A stretch of DNA of 64,000 nt from the human T2T-CHM13v2.0 reference genome, Homo sapiens, in NCBI RefSeq assembly GCF_009914755.1, contig NC_060930.1. One strand, 5' to 3'. Of the stretch, positions 42,494-58,049 are shown in pieces; within the stretch, counting starts at the first letter, position 1, and each line of letters opens with the position of its first letter. The position numbers and the translations under genes are program-made. The notes under the pieces were generated by a model. The model searched no databases. It was given only the letters and a program-made list of their open reading frames with translations, and was not told the origin of the DNA.

Positions 42494-44847
42494 CTATATG
42501 CTGTTTATGAGACACACTAAAACATAAGGACATTCATCAACAAAGCAGGATAGAAAAATCTAGCTAAACTATGCGCAATGCTATCAAAAAATAAAAACGT
42601 CAATGAAAACAAATTCCCAGAAAAATGTAATAAAAATGACTAACATTAAAGAAATAGAAAGGCTAATAATTCTATAATTTTTGAAACCTAATCAATAGTT
42701 AAGAAATTTTCTCACAAAAAAATGCAAAGTTCAGACAATTTTATAGGCAAGCTCTATCCAGCTTTTAAGGAACAGATTAATTTAAATGTTTTTCTTTTCT
42801 TCCAAGAGAACAGACAGAGGGAAGGAGAGAGAGACAGCACTCCTTAACTTATTCTTAGTATCCACAATCTATTAAGTATAAAAAGACAACAATCTACTAC
42901 TATATAAATGGGCAAAAGACATGAAACAAGCTTTTCAGAGAGCAATAAGGAATGAATAATAAACATGGGAAAAGATGCTCAGCCTCATTAACATTTAGGA
43001 AATACAAAGTTAACTTCCACTCTAGTCAAAATGGAGTAGCAGAGGCACGATTTACCTTCTCCACCTTAAATTAAAACCTATATAAAATGTATACAAGGAA
43101 GTTTTTCAGATGTTAGACAAAAGCCAGTGCAGGACAGTGACTCCTGAGAGATGGAAAACAAAGAAAGCCCTATAATTGCGCAAGCTTCTACATGGGGTTT
43201 CTAAGCTGTGGCACTAAGGCTAGGGAAGGGAACCTCCCTGGGTAGAGAATTTAGGGGAGCCAAGGTAAGATTTGCAGGGCAGAATATTGGGTTTCCCTTA
43301 AGTCTTCAGCTAAACACCAAGCAGTGTATGCATGTGAGGTAAGGAACAGGAGATACAACTGGGAGCTCAATAGGGTTCAGAATATTTCATGTTCCCAACA
43401 GACAGAATGCAGAAACCGTGTAACCAGGAAGATTATTCAGAACGGTATTACCTTCGTAGTGGGTCAAATTAGCCCTAAACTAAAGGCTGTCCCAGTCCTG
43501 TCTTATTAAGCTTAAAAGCAAGCTATAAAATGATCGGATTGTTTCCAAGTAACTTTATGTCCCCAAACAGAGTTCAAGATACTTAAAAGAACTCCAGCAC
43601 CCAATATTAAAAACAGAAATTACCAGGCATGTAATGAAGGAAGTTACAATCCAATATGGGCAGGGTGGGGGTTGGGGTAGGGTGGGAATCAATCAATAGA
43701 AACAGACCAGAAATGATGCAGATGACAGAATGGGCAAGCACACTGAAAGAGCTATTATCAATACACTCCAGATGTTGAAAAAAAAAAAAATAGAGGAAGG
43801 CATGAGCATGTGAAGGAGACACATGGGAGATAAAGACCCAGATAGAAATTCTAAAGACTAAAAATATGTCGGAGGTGAAAAATACCTGGATACGATTAAA
43901 AGGAAATTAGATACTTTAGACAGAAAGATTAATAAACAATGAGGACACAGCACTGGAAAGTACCCAACATGAAACACAGAGAGAAAAAGGCTTTTTAAAA
44001 AGCTGCACAGAATCAGCACACTGGGAGAAAATTCTGAGGGGCCTAACGTACATCCAAGTCATCAGAGCCCCAGGAGAAGCATGAGAGGAGCAGAGAGAAA
44101 ACCATAACAGAAGAAAAAATGCCCCCCAATTTCCAAATTCTATGAAAACCATAAACCCACAGGTAAAATAGCTGCAGCAGCAGAAACGTGAAAAAAAAAC
44201 TACAGCAAGCACATCATAATCAAACTTCTTACAACCAGTGACAGAAAACCTTAAAAGCAGCCAGGAAAAAAATGACATCTTACACATGGAAGAGCAGAGA
44301 TAACAGTAATCTTGCTGGAAATCACAGGTAGATACCACTTAACATCCACTAGGTTGGCAAATTTTTAAGTCTGAACTTAAGTGTTGGAGATGCTATGAAA
44401 CAAAGGTAACTCACAGTGCCAAGAGAGGTATAAACTAGTACAGTCACTTCAGAACACAAATTTGGCATTATTTTATCAATATATCAAGCAATATAACTGC
44501 TAGATACAATGTTCACAGCAGCATTGTTTCAACAGCAAAAACAAATAAACAAAACTCAAATGTCCATCAAGAATGAATAAGTTGTAGTATATTTATATAA
44601 TACTATATAGCAATAAAAATGAAAGAAAGTCACAGAAGTAAACATTTTGCCATTTATATAAAATTCAGAAACATACAAAATTAACATTTCACTTACAGAT
44701 ACATACGTATGTTGTAAAACTATAATAGACAAATGACAAACACAAAATTCCAAATAATTATTTGAGAGGGAGAGGGCCTTAGGGAACTTCTAAAATGTCG
44801 ACAACATCTGTATCTTAAGCTGGCTGATGAGTACACAGATATTTACA

Positions 44848-44853
44848 TTTATT
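44848..44853 (-). terminator. Candidate PPIL4 polyadenylation signal AATAAA
   Basis: tttatt on + strand about 315 nt past the PPIL4 stop, inside old L1 3'-end sequence. Confidence 0.45.
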
Positions 44854-45167
44854 ATCCCTTTATATATACGTTTATGTATTTTTGTAGTATGAAATACTTC
44901 ATTAAAAAAAGAGTGAAAATGTAAGACTTCAAAAATGAAGACTACCATTTATGTATAACAATAAAATTAGTGTAAAAAAGTATACAAAGAAAATGTTCAA
45001 TTCTTTATCTTTCCGTGCTCTATATAATCAGTATTAATCTAAAGACCATAATCCTAGTATGAAAAAAATAACAAGCTTTGACACAAAATCTAAGCATCTG
45101 CTTTCCTGGCACTCTTAAGTTAGACAAGAGTAAATATGTTAGCCTCTCAATTCTGCCTCTTCATCTT

Positions 45168-45419
45168 TCATCTATACTTAGATTTTTCTTTATCTTTGGA
45201 CTTCTTTGGACTTCTGCTTCGGTCTCTCTTTTTACTCCTTTCTCTTTCATAAAGATCTGTTTGGTATTTTGATTTATGACTATTACTATAATGGCCATCC
45301 CTCTCTCGAGATCGGCTACGACTTCGGTTCTGAGTTCGGTCTCTCTTTTCACTCTTTTGTTTCTCCCAACAGCTTTCTTCTTCTTCATAGTGACCAAACC
45401 CCATTTCTCTATAGATATC
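45168..45419 (-). CDS. PPIL4: PPIL4 last coding exon (RS/basic C-terminus DIYREMGFGHY...KDKEKSKYR*)
   Basis: Acceptor cttcctttgacag (AG at 45421-45420); 83 codons plus TGA; recognisable PPIL4 C-terminus with RSRSRSRER. Confidence 0.96.
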   Translation of the reverse strand, partial: DIYREMGFGHYEEEESCWEKQKSEKRDRTQNRSRSRSRERDGHYSNSHKSKYQTDLYERERSKKRDRSRSPKKSKDKEKSKYR

Positions 45420-46026
45420 CTGTCAAAGGAAGGGGGAATTACAAGTGAATCAGTAAAATAATCATTTTGTGGGCATTTTCAATTAATAAAACTTAGAAAA
45501 GTCTACCATTAGAAGGCTGTTATAACAGCTTAAATGTGAACACTACCACTAATGTCAAGAATCTTGTAAATTACAAAGCAATAAAATAATTCAGAAAAAG
45601 GTTTAACAACGTCATTGATTTGTATCTACTATTTTGGCTGAAACGAAGGATCAGCTTCAAAAATATGGAACTGAAATAGCTCAACTGAAATCAGAACATG
45701 TCTCTAGAGCAATCTGCAAAATCAAAAATTCTGATTATGTATAGTCTTATTCCCAGCTCCCCACCCTTCACTCCCCCAAAACGTGGTCCCATTATTGATC
45801 TGCAATGAAACTACTAAAATTCCCATAAGAATCCTATAAGAAGATATCATTGAAATAACTTAGCAGGAAGAGATCTTAGACAAGTCAGTAAGTCTTAAAT
45901 AAGAAAATGGAGGCTGGATGCGGTGGCTCACGTCTGTAATCCCAGCACTTTGGGAGGTTGAGGTGGATGGATCACCTGAGGTCAGGAGTTCAAGACCAGC
46001 CTGACCAACATGGAGAAACTCTACTA

Positions 46027-46227
<201 letters not shown>

Positions 46228-49200
46228 TTAATTTTTAAAGTGTTTTATTTTATAACAGCTCCTCTCTAGATGTTCAAATACATCTTCCATGTTTAGAAAG
46301 ACAGAAGTTAGAGAGGAGAATTTTTTTTGAGACAAGGTCTTGCTGTCTCCCAGGCAGGAATGCAGTGGCACGATCATGGCTCACTGTAGCTTCAACCTCC
46401 CAGGCTCAACCGATCCTTCCCACCTCAGTCTCCTAAGTAGCTGAGACCACAGGCATGTGCCATCACACCTGGCTAATTTTTGTATTTTTTTGTAGAGACG
46501 GGGTTTCCCCATGTTGCCCAGGGTGGTCTCAAACTCCTGGGTTCAAGTGATCCCCTCCCACCTCGGCCTCCCAAAGTACTGGGATTACAGGCATGAGCCA
46601 CCTCACTCAGCTGATTAGGCTTATGTCAAAATTATTATATTTCTTTAAAATGAGTTTTTAAACACTGGTAGAATCCTTTGCCCCAAAGATAATAAAATTG
46701 CTACATTTAATTCTACTCTTAGACCACAGCCAATGCTCTTTCAAGAGATACTTTGTAAAATTTAACTTTCTTAAGACTGCCCAAAGGAAAGGAAAATTCT
46801 AAGGACTAAACTCCCAAGGGTCTCAACTCTATCACCAGATACCACTGTAGCAGACATAAATGTCAAGGCTTAAAATTCAGAGTGATGAATACCCATGGTT
46901 AAGGACTGGGTTTTAAGCAAATTATTAGTTATTCCATATACTGTCTAGATACTGTACACCTTGAGTTTGACAGTGTGTGAAAACAGATGTAACAGGATTG
47001 TTATAGTAATAATCACACTGTGTAATACAGTATTATAAACTGATTTGTGATTTTCCACACAATCCCAATAGTTCTTGTCATATTATAAGAGTCCCTGAGG
47101 TAGAAAAAATGAGTAGGCATTTTGGTTTAGCCTTTTGCCATCAATTTTCTAGTAAAATATGACATTCTGAGATAAAAGAATTTTTGTGCTTCCTATAACA
47201 TATACAAAATAGAAATATTCATATACTATTATATCTGTACATCTTGTACTTATTTCTGTATTGGTTGAGACAAACTTTTAAAATGCCGAGACTGCTGGCT
47301 GATGTATAAATTTATAAAATCCTCAGTATGTTATTATACAAATGGGCACTTAAGTGCTTTGAGTATTTAAAATAGAAGAGATAAAAGATTATGTAGCACT
47401 TCATTCTTTTAAAAATTTGAGGAAGCTGAATATTTGAATTGGACTGAAACTTTAAAATCACTCCTACTCGGGAGTAGTTTTCAAAGCTACACAAGCTTTG
47501 AAGTCAGGTAGATCTGGGTTCAAATAGTCTTTGACATTTAGGAGATGTGTCAAACAAGTACTCTTAAGGTTAGAATAATTAGAGAAGGTTTCATGGAGAA
47601 GTTAGGATTTCAGATGAGCCTCAAAGGGTAAGTGAGCTTGGGTCTGAATGGGCTGCAAGAAGGCTAATGAAAGTAGTGTAAGTGAAAACTGAAAAGCAAG
47701 GAAAAATGAGCCCTGTATGTATGAAGGGGAAAAGTTAAAGTGGCTGAATGAAGCCATGTAAGAGGAGATCCTCCAAGTACATGCTAACACAGTGCTAAGA
47801 GCTTTAGGAGTGCAATATCCTCATTCTAGAAATAGGGAAACTGAGACTCAAGAGATCTGCACAGGTTGGAGATAATTTAACTTGACATCCAAAATTAAAA
47901 AGGGGGGAGTGGTACAGAATAATGGGGAAAAAATCCAACACCTGACTGAACCAAATAAATGTTAAAATTCTAGCTCTCCCACTATAAAGGCCTAAGGGCC
48001 TGTGGGATCAGTATCTTCATATCTAAAGTGAGATAAATGAATTAGATAAGGTCTAGGTCCTTTCCAGTATGAATTTTTAAAAGTTATATTATTTATACAT
48101 TTAAAACATAAGACAAGATGATTAAACTACCATGTGGCAAAAAAAGAAAAGAAAAAACGAAGAACACAAAATGGCCAATTTAAAGCAATTAACCTAGCAA
48201 ATGACTTGAAATAAGCAATCAAAAAAAGTCTAATCTAATTAAAAGCTATCCTTGCTCAAGTCTCTGGGACTAAATCAAAGATCTGGTTAAATCTTAGTCA
48301 CCAAGATAACATTAAATCACTAAAATGACAGAAAAAGTACAGTCAAGAATACAAACACTATGAAAACCCCAGTGGAAAACTGACAACCAGCATGAATACT
48401 TCTCAGCAAGGCAACCCCCAGCTGAATACGCATTTCCTGTAACCCCAGTAAAACCCAAACCTCAACAACACAAAAACCATCTCTGGAATTAAGACATGAG
48501 GTGGAAAATTAAACAAACGTTTTCGAATTGATTAGTAAGGCTAGTTACTCAATAAAAAACAAAGAATTTGAAGAAATAAGTTAAAATACTCTTGGGAAAC
48601 CAGACTCACTAAGCAAAACACCGACAAACAGGAAAATATGAACTATAGCTGAAATTTGTCTAGTACTGAAAATTCTCTTTAATGAATTTTAAAAAATAAA
48701 AAACAAAATAATAAAAAATCGGGGGGCCATTAAAATCTTAAATACTGATGCTGAGTTTTATTAGGAAGAAGAGAAAATTAATGTAGCTATATCATTAAAT
48801 CAAAGTACAAAACTTTTTAAAATTTAATATACTTTAAGGGGAGAAGTTAGGAGATCATTATTCAGAATTTAATAATTTTATAGTTAATATTGCCTTAAAA
48901 TTTCAACTTAAAATTGCCTTAAAATCTTTTTAAAAATACTAATAGCATTCCCCCAAAATCTTGATGCTTTTACTCCATGCAAAATGAGAAGGATATTTGC
49001 TACTGTAAGGTTTCAAGTAATCAAACAGCAGAATCAGAAAGACTCACACAAAAAAAACACAACCAGTCTGAAATTTTTTAGACCTCTGATTATCTCAAAC
49101 ACACCAATGTTTATTTATCTCAGGCTTAAATTCATGGACGGTTCCATGTACAAGTGCAGGATGAAAAGCTGGAGCTAAAAGCAGCACATGGAGGGGGAAA

Positions 49201-50201
49201 GAATTCAGAGTTTTTAGTGGAAAACATGCTAAACATTCACAGGAATGTGATACAGCCACCAGTAAAGAAGACTGATGCGACCTCAGACTAAAGTAATAGA
49301 GTACAGACATTTAAGAAGGAGGAGATGTGTTCCTATTAGATCACATTGGAATATTATACTATGGGACAAATTTTATTAAAATAACATTAGAGTTTAGGAA
49401 AGAAAACTGATGAGAATATACCCCAGGTAAGAAGACGAGCAAAAGTAGTTAGGAGTATGTTTCAAGTTAAGAGTAGTTAGTTTCAACTATGAAACTAAAC
49501 TGTGGTTCCACTACTTACTAGCTGTGTAAAACTATGGGCAAGTAACAATTTTTGTTCTCACTTTGTTGTGTGAAAGGGGGATAAAAGAACCCACCTTACA
49601 TTGTAAGGACCAAAAAATATTAACTACTACTACTTTTTTCTTTTATTTAAAATTTTTATAGAGACAGGGCCTCCTATGTTGCCCAGGCTGGTCTTGAACT
49701 CTGGGATCAAGCGATTCTCCTGCCTCAGCTTCCCAACATGCTGGGATTACAAGCATGAGCCACTGCACCTGGCCTACTACTACTTTTATTACCACCGATT
49801 CATGTGAGAAATATTTGCAGGAACCAACAAAAGTATGGCCTGAAAACGGGATGAGGCATGAATGATGGCAATCTTTAAACAGCTAAAGGGCTATAGAAAG
49901 AAGAAATTCTATCTCTGCTGGATTATAGCAAAGAGCTAACTACATATATCAAATATTTACTTGCTAAATTTTTTTAAATCAATAACCCATAAAACACATA
50001 AAATAGTTACCCACAGAGGGAAGAAGGAAAAGGGGAGGGAACAAGAATGGAAGCTAGGTTCTCTAAATGTACCATTTTGTAGATTTCACTTTGGAAACAG
50101 TTTTTAAAACTACAAAACAAAAAATTGTTAAAGCAACCCTTAAAACATTAAAAATAAATAAATAAAAATGAAACAGGGCCGGGCGCGGTGGCTCACGCCT
50201 A

Positions 50202-50528
<327 letters not shown>

Positions 50529-51112
50529 CTATTCCAAGTAACTCTAAAACTAGTAATTTGCTTTAACAGTTAAAAAAAAAAAGTAGTAACAATAATAACC
50601 AGTGTAGAAAATGTTTGCACACGCATTTTTTTCACTGAATCTTAACAAAATGCCTGTGAAGTATTTCTCACTTTTCACAGAGGATGAAACTGTGGCTCAG
50701 AAAGTTAAACAACTTGTCAAGGTCACTTTGATGGCCAGCAGTATGTAAACCTAGCTCTCCTGACAGCAAATCCTTGACTCTGCCTATCATACTACATTTC
50801 TCTATTTCTGCATCTTTGGTTAACATTCTCACCATCTTAAATTCCCTCCCTTCTCACCTCAGCCCACTGAAATCCTTCTCATCCACCAGGGCCCAGCATA
50901 AATGTTTCTATGTGGTAAAACAAAAGCAAGGAGCTCTGATGTAAAAAAAAAAAAAAAATTTTTTTTGGAGACGTGGTCTGGCTCTGTCATCCAGGCTGGA
51001 GGGCAGTGGCATGATCTGGGCTCACTGCAGCCTCTACCTCCTGGGCTCAAGCGATCCTCTCAAGCTCCCAAGTAGCTGAGACCATAGGTGCACACCACCA
51101 TGCCTGGCCAAT

Positions 51113-51162
51113 TGTGTGTGTGTGTGTGTGTGTGTACTTTTTGTCAAGGTGTGTGTGTGTGT
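51113..51162. repeat. Interrupted (TG)n in an Alu linker
   Basis: Direct reading. Confidence 0.9.
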
Positions 51163-51869
51163 ATTTTTTGTCGAGATGGGGGTTTCACCATGTTGCCCAG
51201 GCTGGTCTCCAACTCTTAAGCTCAAGCGATCTACCTGCCTCGGCCTCCCAAAGTGCTAGGATTACAGGCGTGAGCCACCGTACCCAGCCTGTAAATTGCT
51301 TTTTATTTAACTAAGAACCAAAGCACAGGCTGGAAATAATCACTTTTCTTCACAATAAATTTTCTTTGGGGAATTTTTATTATTTTTTTTAAATGTGCTG
51401 TTCAGGAGAGCTTTTAGCATGCTAAAGTTAATTACCAGTGCTGTTTTTCTTATATACAATACAGCAGGATATAAATGTTTTATAGGATGTAAAATCTCAA
51501 GAGCCCTTAAGTGCTATACATAACACTTGGTGATAAATTAAGCAGATAAATGACAAAATCTTTTTCAGCACAACCACACTTGTTTCTGATGGGAATAAAG
51601 GAGTATCCACAGGTACGGAAATCACTCTTGCTTCACAATGTGGAAGTATTTGATACATTAAGTTATGTCAAAAATGATCTTTTATCATTTGTGATAAATA
51701 TTTTTGAAAATTAAAATCCCATACCCCAGTGCAACCATTCTGCTTCTTAGGAACAAACCCATCTCTGCTTAGAACTATCCCTTACCTCCTAAATTATATC
51801 ACTAAGACATCATTTACAGAGGGATAAAATATTTATTTCTCCACATCTAAGTCTGGACATTAGAGGTAC

Positions 51870-52017
51870 CTGATTAGTATTTTTGATTGGCATGTAGTCC
51901 TCATCTTCTTTCTCTTCAGAACAGTGATGGGTTTTCTTCTTGTGTTTTTTACTTGTGTGTGAGTGACTTGATTTTGAGTCTTCGGCCTGCTCATCTAATA
52001 TAAGATCGTATTTTGTA
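51870..52017 (-). CDS. PPIL4: PPIL4 penultimate coding exon (TKYDLILDEQAEDSKSSHSHTSKKHKKK...KNTNQ)
   Basis: Acceptor ctactgcag (AG at 52019-52018), donor CAG|gtacct; 148 nt, phase 2 to 0, in frame with both neighbours. Confidence 0.95.
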
Positions 52018-52377
52018 CTGCAGTAGTTAGTTAAGGATAAATGTGATAAATAATACTGGTAAGACATCAAAACTTAAGATCTGGTAAACAAAGGAGGTCA
52101 TAAGGCTAAAAGTAACTAAAGCAAAAAGCATCTCAAAAGAATATAGTACATTTCTAAAACAAAACTAACATTTTCTTTCATTATATAGTCAGGAGAAATG
52201 GAAAGAATCCTAATCCTAAACAATCTTAAAATAAAGACTAGTAGGCAAAAAAATTAGGAGGAAAAAATAAACGTATTTGTCAATAATTTAAAAAATTTAA
52301 ATTTAGAAAATGAGGGACATCTTTAACTAGAAAAAATTATTATAAATTCCAATGCCCAGAAAAGCTATATAAGATAA

Positions 52378-52637
<260 letters not shown>

Positions 52638-53099
52638 TAGTAGAAACGGGGCTTCCCCATGTTGGCCAGGCTGGTCTCAAACACCTGACCTCGTGATCCA
52701 CCCGCCTCGGCCTCCCAAAGTGCTGGGATTACAGGTGTGAGCCACCACACCTGCCCATCATGTTTAAATTCTAATAAGAATTTATGAATACAGTTAAATG
52801 AACAAAAATATACATAAAAGCCAGGCGTGGTGGCTCACACCTGTAATCCCAGCACTTTGGGAAGCCAAGGCGGGCGACTCACTCGAGGCCAGGAGTTCGA
52901 GACCAGCCTGGCCAATATGGTGAAACCCCATCTCTACTAAAAATACAAAAATTAGCCGGGCATGGTGGCGCAACCTATAACCCCAGCTACTCGGGAGGCT
53001 GAGGCAGGAAAATCATTTGAACCCAGGAGGTAGAGACTTTTGTGAGCCGAGGTTGCACTACTGCACTCCAGCCTGGGTGACAGAGCGGGGACTCAGTCT

Positions 53100-53100
<1 letters not shown>

Positions 53101-53152
<52 letters not shown>
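53101..53152. repeat. (A)30 followed by (TA)n, Alu tail
   Basis: Direct reading. Confidence 0.9.
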
Positions 53153-53840
53153 CATATAAAAAATATGCATAATAGTATTACTTTTAGTAGCAAAGTAGGA
53201 ACAACAAAATATCTAGTAATAAAGACATACTTAAATGCATTATAGTACTTCAACAAGATACAATATTATAAATGAAGTTATCAACAACGATAAATGCTAC
53301 AGAAAAAACCCTAGAAAGGTGTTTATGAAAATTAACATGAAAAAAGCTTAAAGCAAAAACAACATATACCATACAACGATTATAACTTTACATAAGAGAA
53401 AGGTTTGAAAGAAACAAGGAGAAATAAAAAGTATCATGTGTCTAGGTGATGAAGCTACGAGTGAATCTTTTTAAATTTCATCTAAATGTGTTAAAAATGT
53501 TTTAATGTTTTAATTCAAAGATAAGTATTTTCTTAAATATACTATAATAGAATAAGAGAAAATATAAAAGAGTTACGATTTCTGCTGAAAATAATCTCAA
53601 CCTCAAAGGTGGATTTTGAGGAAGACTGACATGGGCTGGAATGGTGGTTTTCCAGAGAAAGGTTATGAGGAAGCCCAACAGGCAGAGCTATGCTAATTAC
53701 ATGTGGGACCACAGTAAACGCAGACACACTTCCCTCAGGACTAGAGGCTCGTGTCTGCTTCACAAAGCCACAACTCAACACTTTCCACAGGAATGTCTCA
53801 CTTCTACATAAGATCAAATGAAAGACATTGTTCCTCCTAG

Positions 53841-54412
<572 letters not shown>

Positions 54413-54517
54413 TAAAAAAAAAAACAGAAATACAGTATATGCCTAAAAAAATTTTATTTTATTAATCTTTTGGTTCAAGTGTGTGTGTGTGTGTGTGTGT
54501 GAATGTTTGTACTGTGA

Positions 54518-54767
<250 letters not shown>

Positions 54768-54976
54768 TGAACTCCCGACCTCGGGTGATCTGCCCGCCTC
54801 GGCCTCCCAGAGTGCTGGGATTATAGGCATGAGCCACTGCACCCAGCCAATTTTTTTTTTTTTTTTAAGAAAAAAAAAATGGAGACCGGGTCTCGCTATA
54901 TTGCCCTGGCTGCTCTCAAACTTCTGGGCTCCAGCAATCCTCCCACCTCGGCCTCCCACACTGCTGGGATTACAGG

Positions 54977-55102
54977 CATGAGCCACTGCACCCAGCCTAT
55001 TTCTTAAATGATGGATCATACGAAAGAAGACAGCACTCCCATGAGCCACTGCACCCAGCCTATTTCTTAAATGATGGATCATACGAAAGAAGACAGCACT
55101 CC
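54977..55102. repeat. Perfect 63-bp tandem duplication
   Basis: catgagccactgcacccagcctatttcttaaatgatggatcatacgaaagaagacagcactcc twice (54977-55039, 55040-55102). Confidence 0.95.
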
Positions 55103-56667
55103 ACCTCAGCCCTCCTATCTCCCATATTAGTGTCACAGCTTTAATGCCACTTTTTTCAGTGTTGAGGGTATTCTCTAACCTCTCGCCCCCTATTATGAGT
55201 CCCATATCTCTTTGCAATATTTATTTGCAATAATTTAGACGTATTTAGAATGGTAATTATTTAATGTCTGGTTTTTTTTCCCCACTCCAACAGCAAAATG
55301 TAAGCTCTATGTGGGCAGGAACTGAATATCTTTCATTGCTAAACTGAGTATGTGACAGATGCTTACTAAGTATCTGTTGATTACTTGTCATACCCTCAAG
55401 ACACTTGTTGTATCTCCTGCTTCCTCACTTACCCACTATCTTGTACTTATCACTAAAATCAACACTTTCAGAAGACATCAAATCCCTCTCCCTTTGAATA
55501 AAACACAAATTTGTGAGCTCACTGCCATCTTTTCTCCAATTTCTTCCCTGAGGTCTAGTTGGGCCAAGTTATTTCCTTCTCCTACTTCTATTTTTGATTC
55601 TTCTTATTAATAATCTATACTTTCACTAATTTCTCTTTCTCTTAAGGCCCATAAAGTAGATGCCACCATGCCTTCTTAACTGACTTAAGACAATTTATCT
55701 GCACATCAGACTATCCCCTAACAGCATTTCTCTCTTTTGCATCAACTTCAAAAGGCTAGAAGCTACACTATTCCATATAAGTATATGTGTGGTTGTTTCA
55801 ATTAATTAAAATTAAAGAAAACTTAAAATTCCCCTTCTTCCAGCTATAGTTATTAGTAATAAGCCTAAATTTAATTTCAAAGATTTGGTAAATAAATATC
55901 AAATGTATTCCATTCATAACTTTTATGATTTTGAGCTTTCAATCATATGCCCTTGAATGTTGATCTTTTCTGACCAAATCTCAGCTTCTTATTTGGTCTG
56001 TCTGCATGTGAAAGCCTCTCCTTATGCTGATTTTATCAGCTTTCTTCAGACTTTATCCAGTTCTAACACCTCACAATGCTTTATACATTGCAGACAATCA
56101 ACACATCTTAAAACATGAATATAGACCAGGTCAACCTGATATTCATCTTTCTTGATGAGTACTTGGAAAAGAAATGTCTACATATGTAGAAAAAAAAATC
56201 CCTGAAATACCAATAGAAACTAGGAAACAAAGACACCATTTACCAGAAAGAATCACAACAGAAATAACTCTTGCAATGTGTGGAGTGATATATTTATAAT
56301 GGGAAAAATTAGTGAACCAATTTAAATGTCATAATATAAACAGTATGTTTCATTACTTTTTACATGTCTCAACCTAAAACTTGGAAGAACCTGAAGTAAA
56401 TGGTCAAGTCAATGGATTTCTTTTTAATCCTACAAAAGTGAACTCTTGCACTCAGTAGAAGCCCAATAAATATTTGTTGTTGAAATTACAATATACTATA
56501 CCGAAAGAAGTAACCTAACATTGTAACAGAGAACAATAGGATTTTGTTATCTAGGTAAGGAAGTTAAACATAACAGCAGGTAGCACAAAGGAATCAGCTT
56601 AGCAATAATAAATTTCAGATTATGAGGAATAGAAAACATTACAATTACATATAGAAAATACAAAGCT

Positions 56668-56727
56668 AGTGTTACAGCTCTTTTAGAATTTGTCTAGTAG
56701 GCTTTCCGGTTTTTGCAGGAAAGCCCC
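56668..56727 (+). pseudogene. U7 snRNA retro-pseudogene
   Basis: AGTGTTACAGCTCTTTTAGAATTTGTCTAGTAGGCTTTCC...GGAAAGCCCC matches U7 (HDE-pairing 5' arm, Sm site AATTTGTCTAG, 3' stem-loop); short A tail; TSD AGAAAATACAAA(G/T)CT at 56653-56667 and 56735-56749. Confidence 0.95.
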
Positions 56728-57064
56728 CCCAAAAAGAAAATACAAATCTTACCTGAAGATCTTCTGAGAATATGATAAGTAGGAAAGTACTTAACCTAGA
56801 GTAGGAAAGTATTAATAAAAGAATTAGGCTACAGATTTCTTTCAACCTTAACTTTCTCCATACACTAGAGTATAGTGAAAAAGCAAAGTATATGTAAGAT
56901 CTTGAAAAGAGATAATGATAAACTAAGTTACTTCCTCACAAACAATCTGGATTCAGGAAATTTGTCTTCTATAGCTTTTGTGACTTTTCATAACACATCA
57001 CACAGTACTCTACACATAGCAGATGGTCAATACATATTAACTAACTGATTCTTGGTAAGGATAC

Positions 57065-57161
57065 TCCTGTTTGGGCTTTACTTTATCTTTCAGAACCAAA
57101 TTAGGTGGTTTATCCTGTTCTTTTTCATACTCCTTGAAATCACTCTTGGTGTATTTCCCAC
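57065..57161 (-). CDS. PPIL4: PPIL4 coding exon (GKYTKSDFKEYEKEQDKPPNLVLKDKVKPKQD); absent from the ORF track
   Basis: Acceptor ttcttttcttaataaatag (AG at 57163-57162), donor GA|gtatcctt; 97 nt, phase 1 to 2, keeps frame between flanking exons. Confidence 0.94.
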
Positions 57162-57518
57162 CTATTTATTAAGAAAAGAAAAAAAGAGCTTAGTAAAAAA
57201 ACCACCTAACCAAGAACAATAATTATTTTATAAAAAGCATAAGAGCTATTTTATAAATGGCATATATCGAGAGACAGAGAAAGGGAACAAAAGAATCATA
57301 GTAATTCCATCTCCATTACTAATTTGAAATCAGACATCCATTTTTGCTAGGTAGCCACATGCTGCCACCTAACGATATATGTGAATATTACAACATCAAA
57401 CTTTCAAATAAATTACACACAAATGCCGTGTTCAAGTAGAGCCATTGAGCCCATGAGAACATTAAGTCCAGTGGAAAACTGAGGATTTGGGACCTGAGTT
57501 TAAGATCTGAAAGACCTA

Positions 57519-57842
<324 letters not shown>

Positions 57843-57991
57843 CTACTTTGAAATTCTAACTTAGGGGCAACTTCATTCCTCCCAAGTGCCAAAAATCCCC
57901 TCAGGAAAATAGGACCTACTGCTACATCCTAACTAGCTTGGTAGGGCTAGAAAGGAAGAGCATTCAATGCAGCCTCTCTACTCTCAACTCT

Positions 57992-58049
57992 AGTCTCCTA
58001 TCAGATGAGAATTCAATTTTCAAGTCTCCTACCAGATGAGAATTCAATT
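57992..58049. repeat. 31-bp-period tandem duplication
   Basis: agtctccta(t/c)cagatgagaattcaatt twice, one mismatch. Confidence 0.85.

Noticed and set aside
43658-43686. G-quadruplex-like G-run cluster
   Set aside because: Isolated within decayed L1; no functional context.
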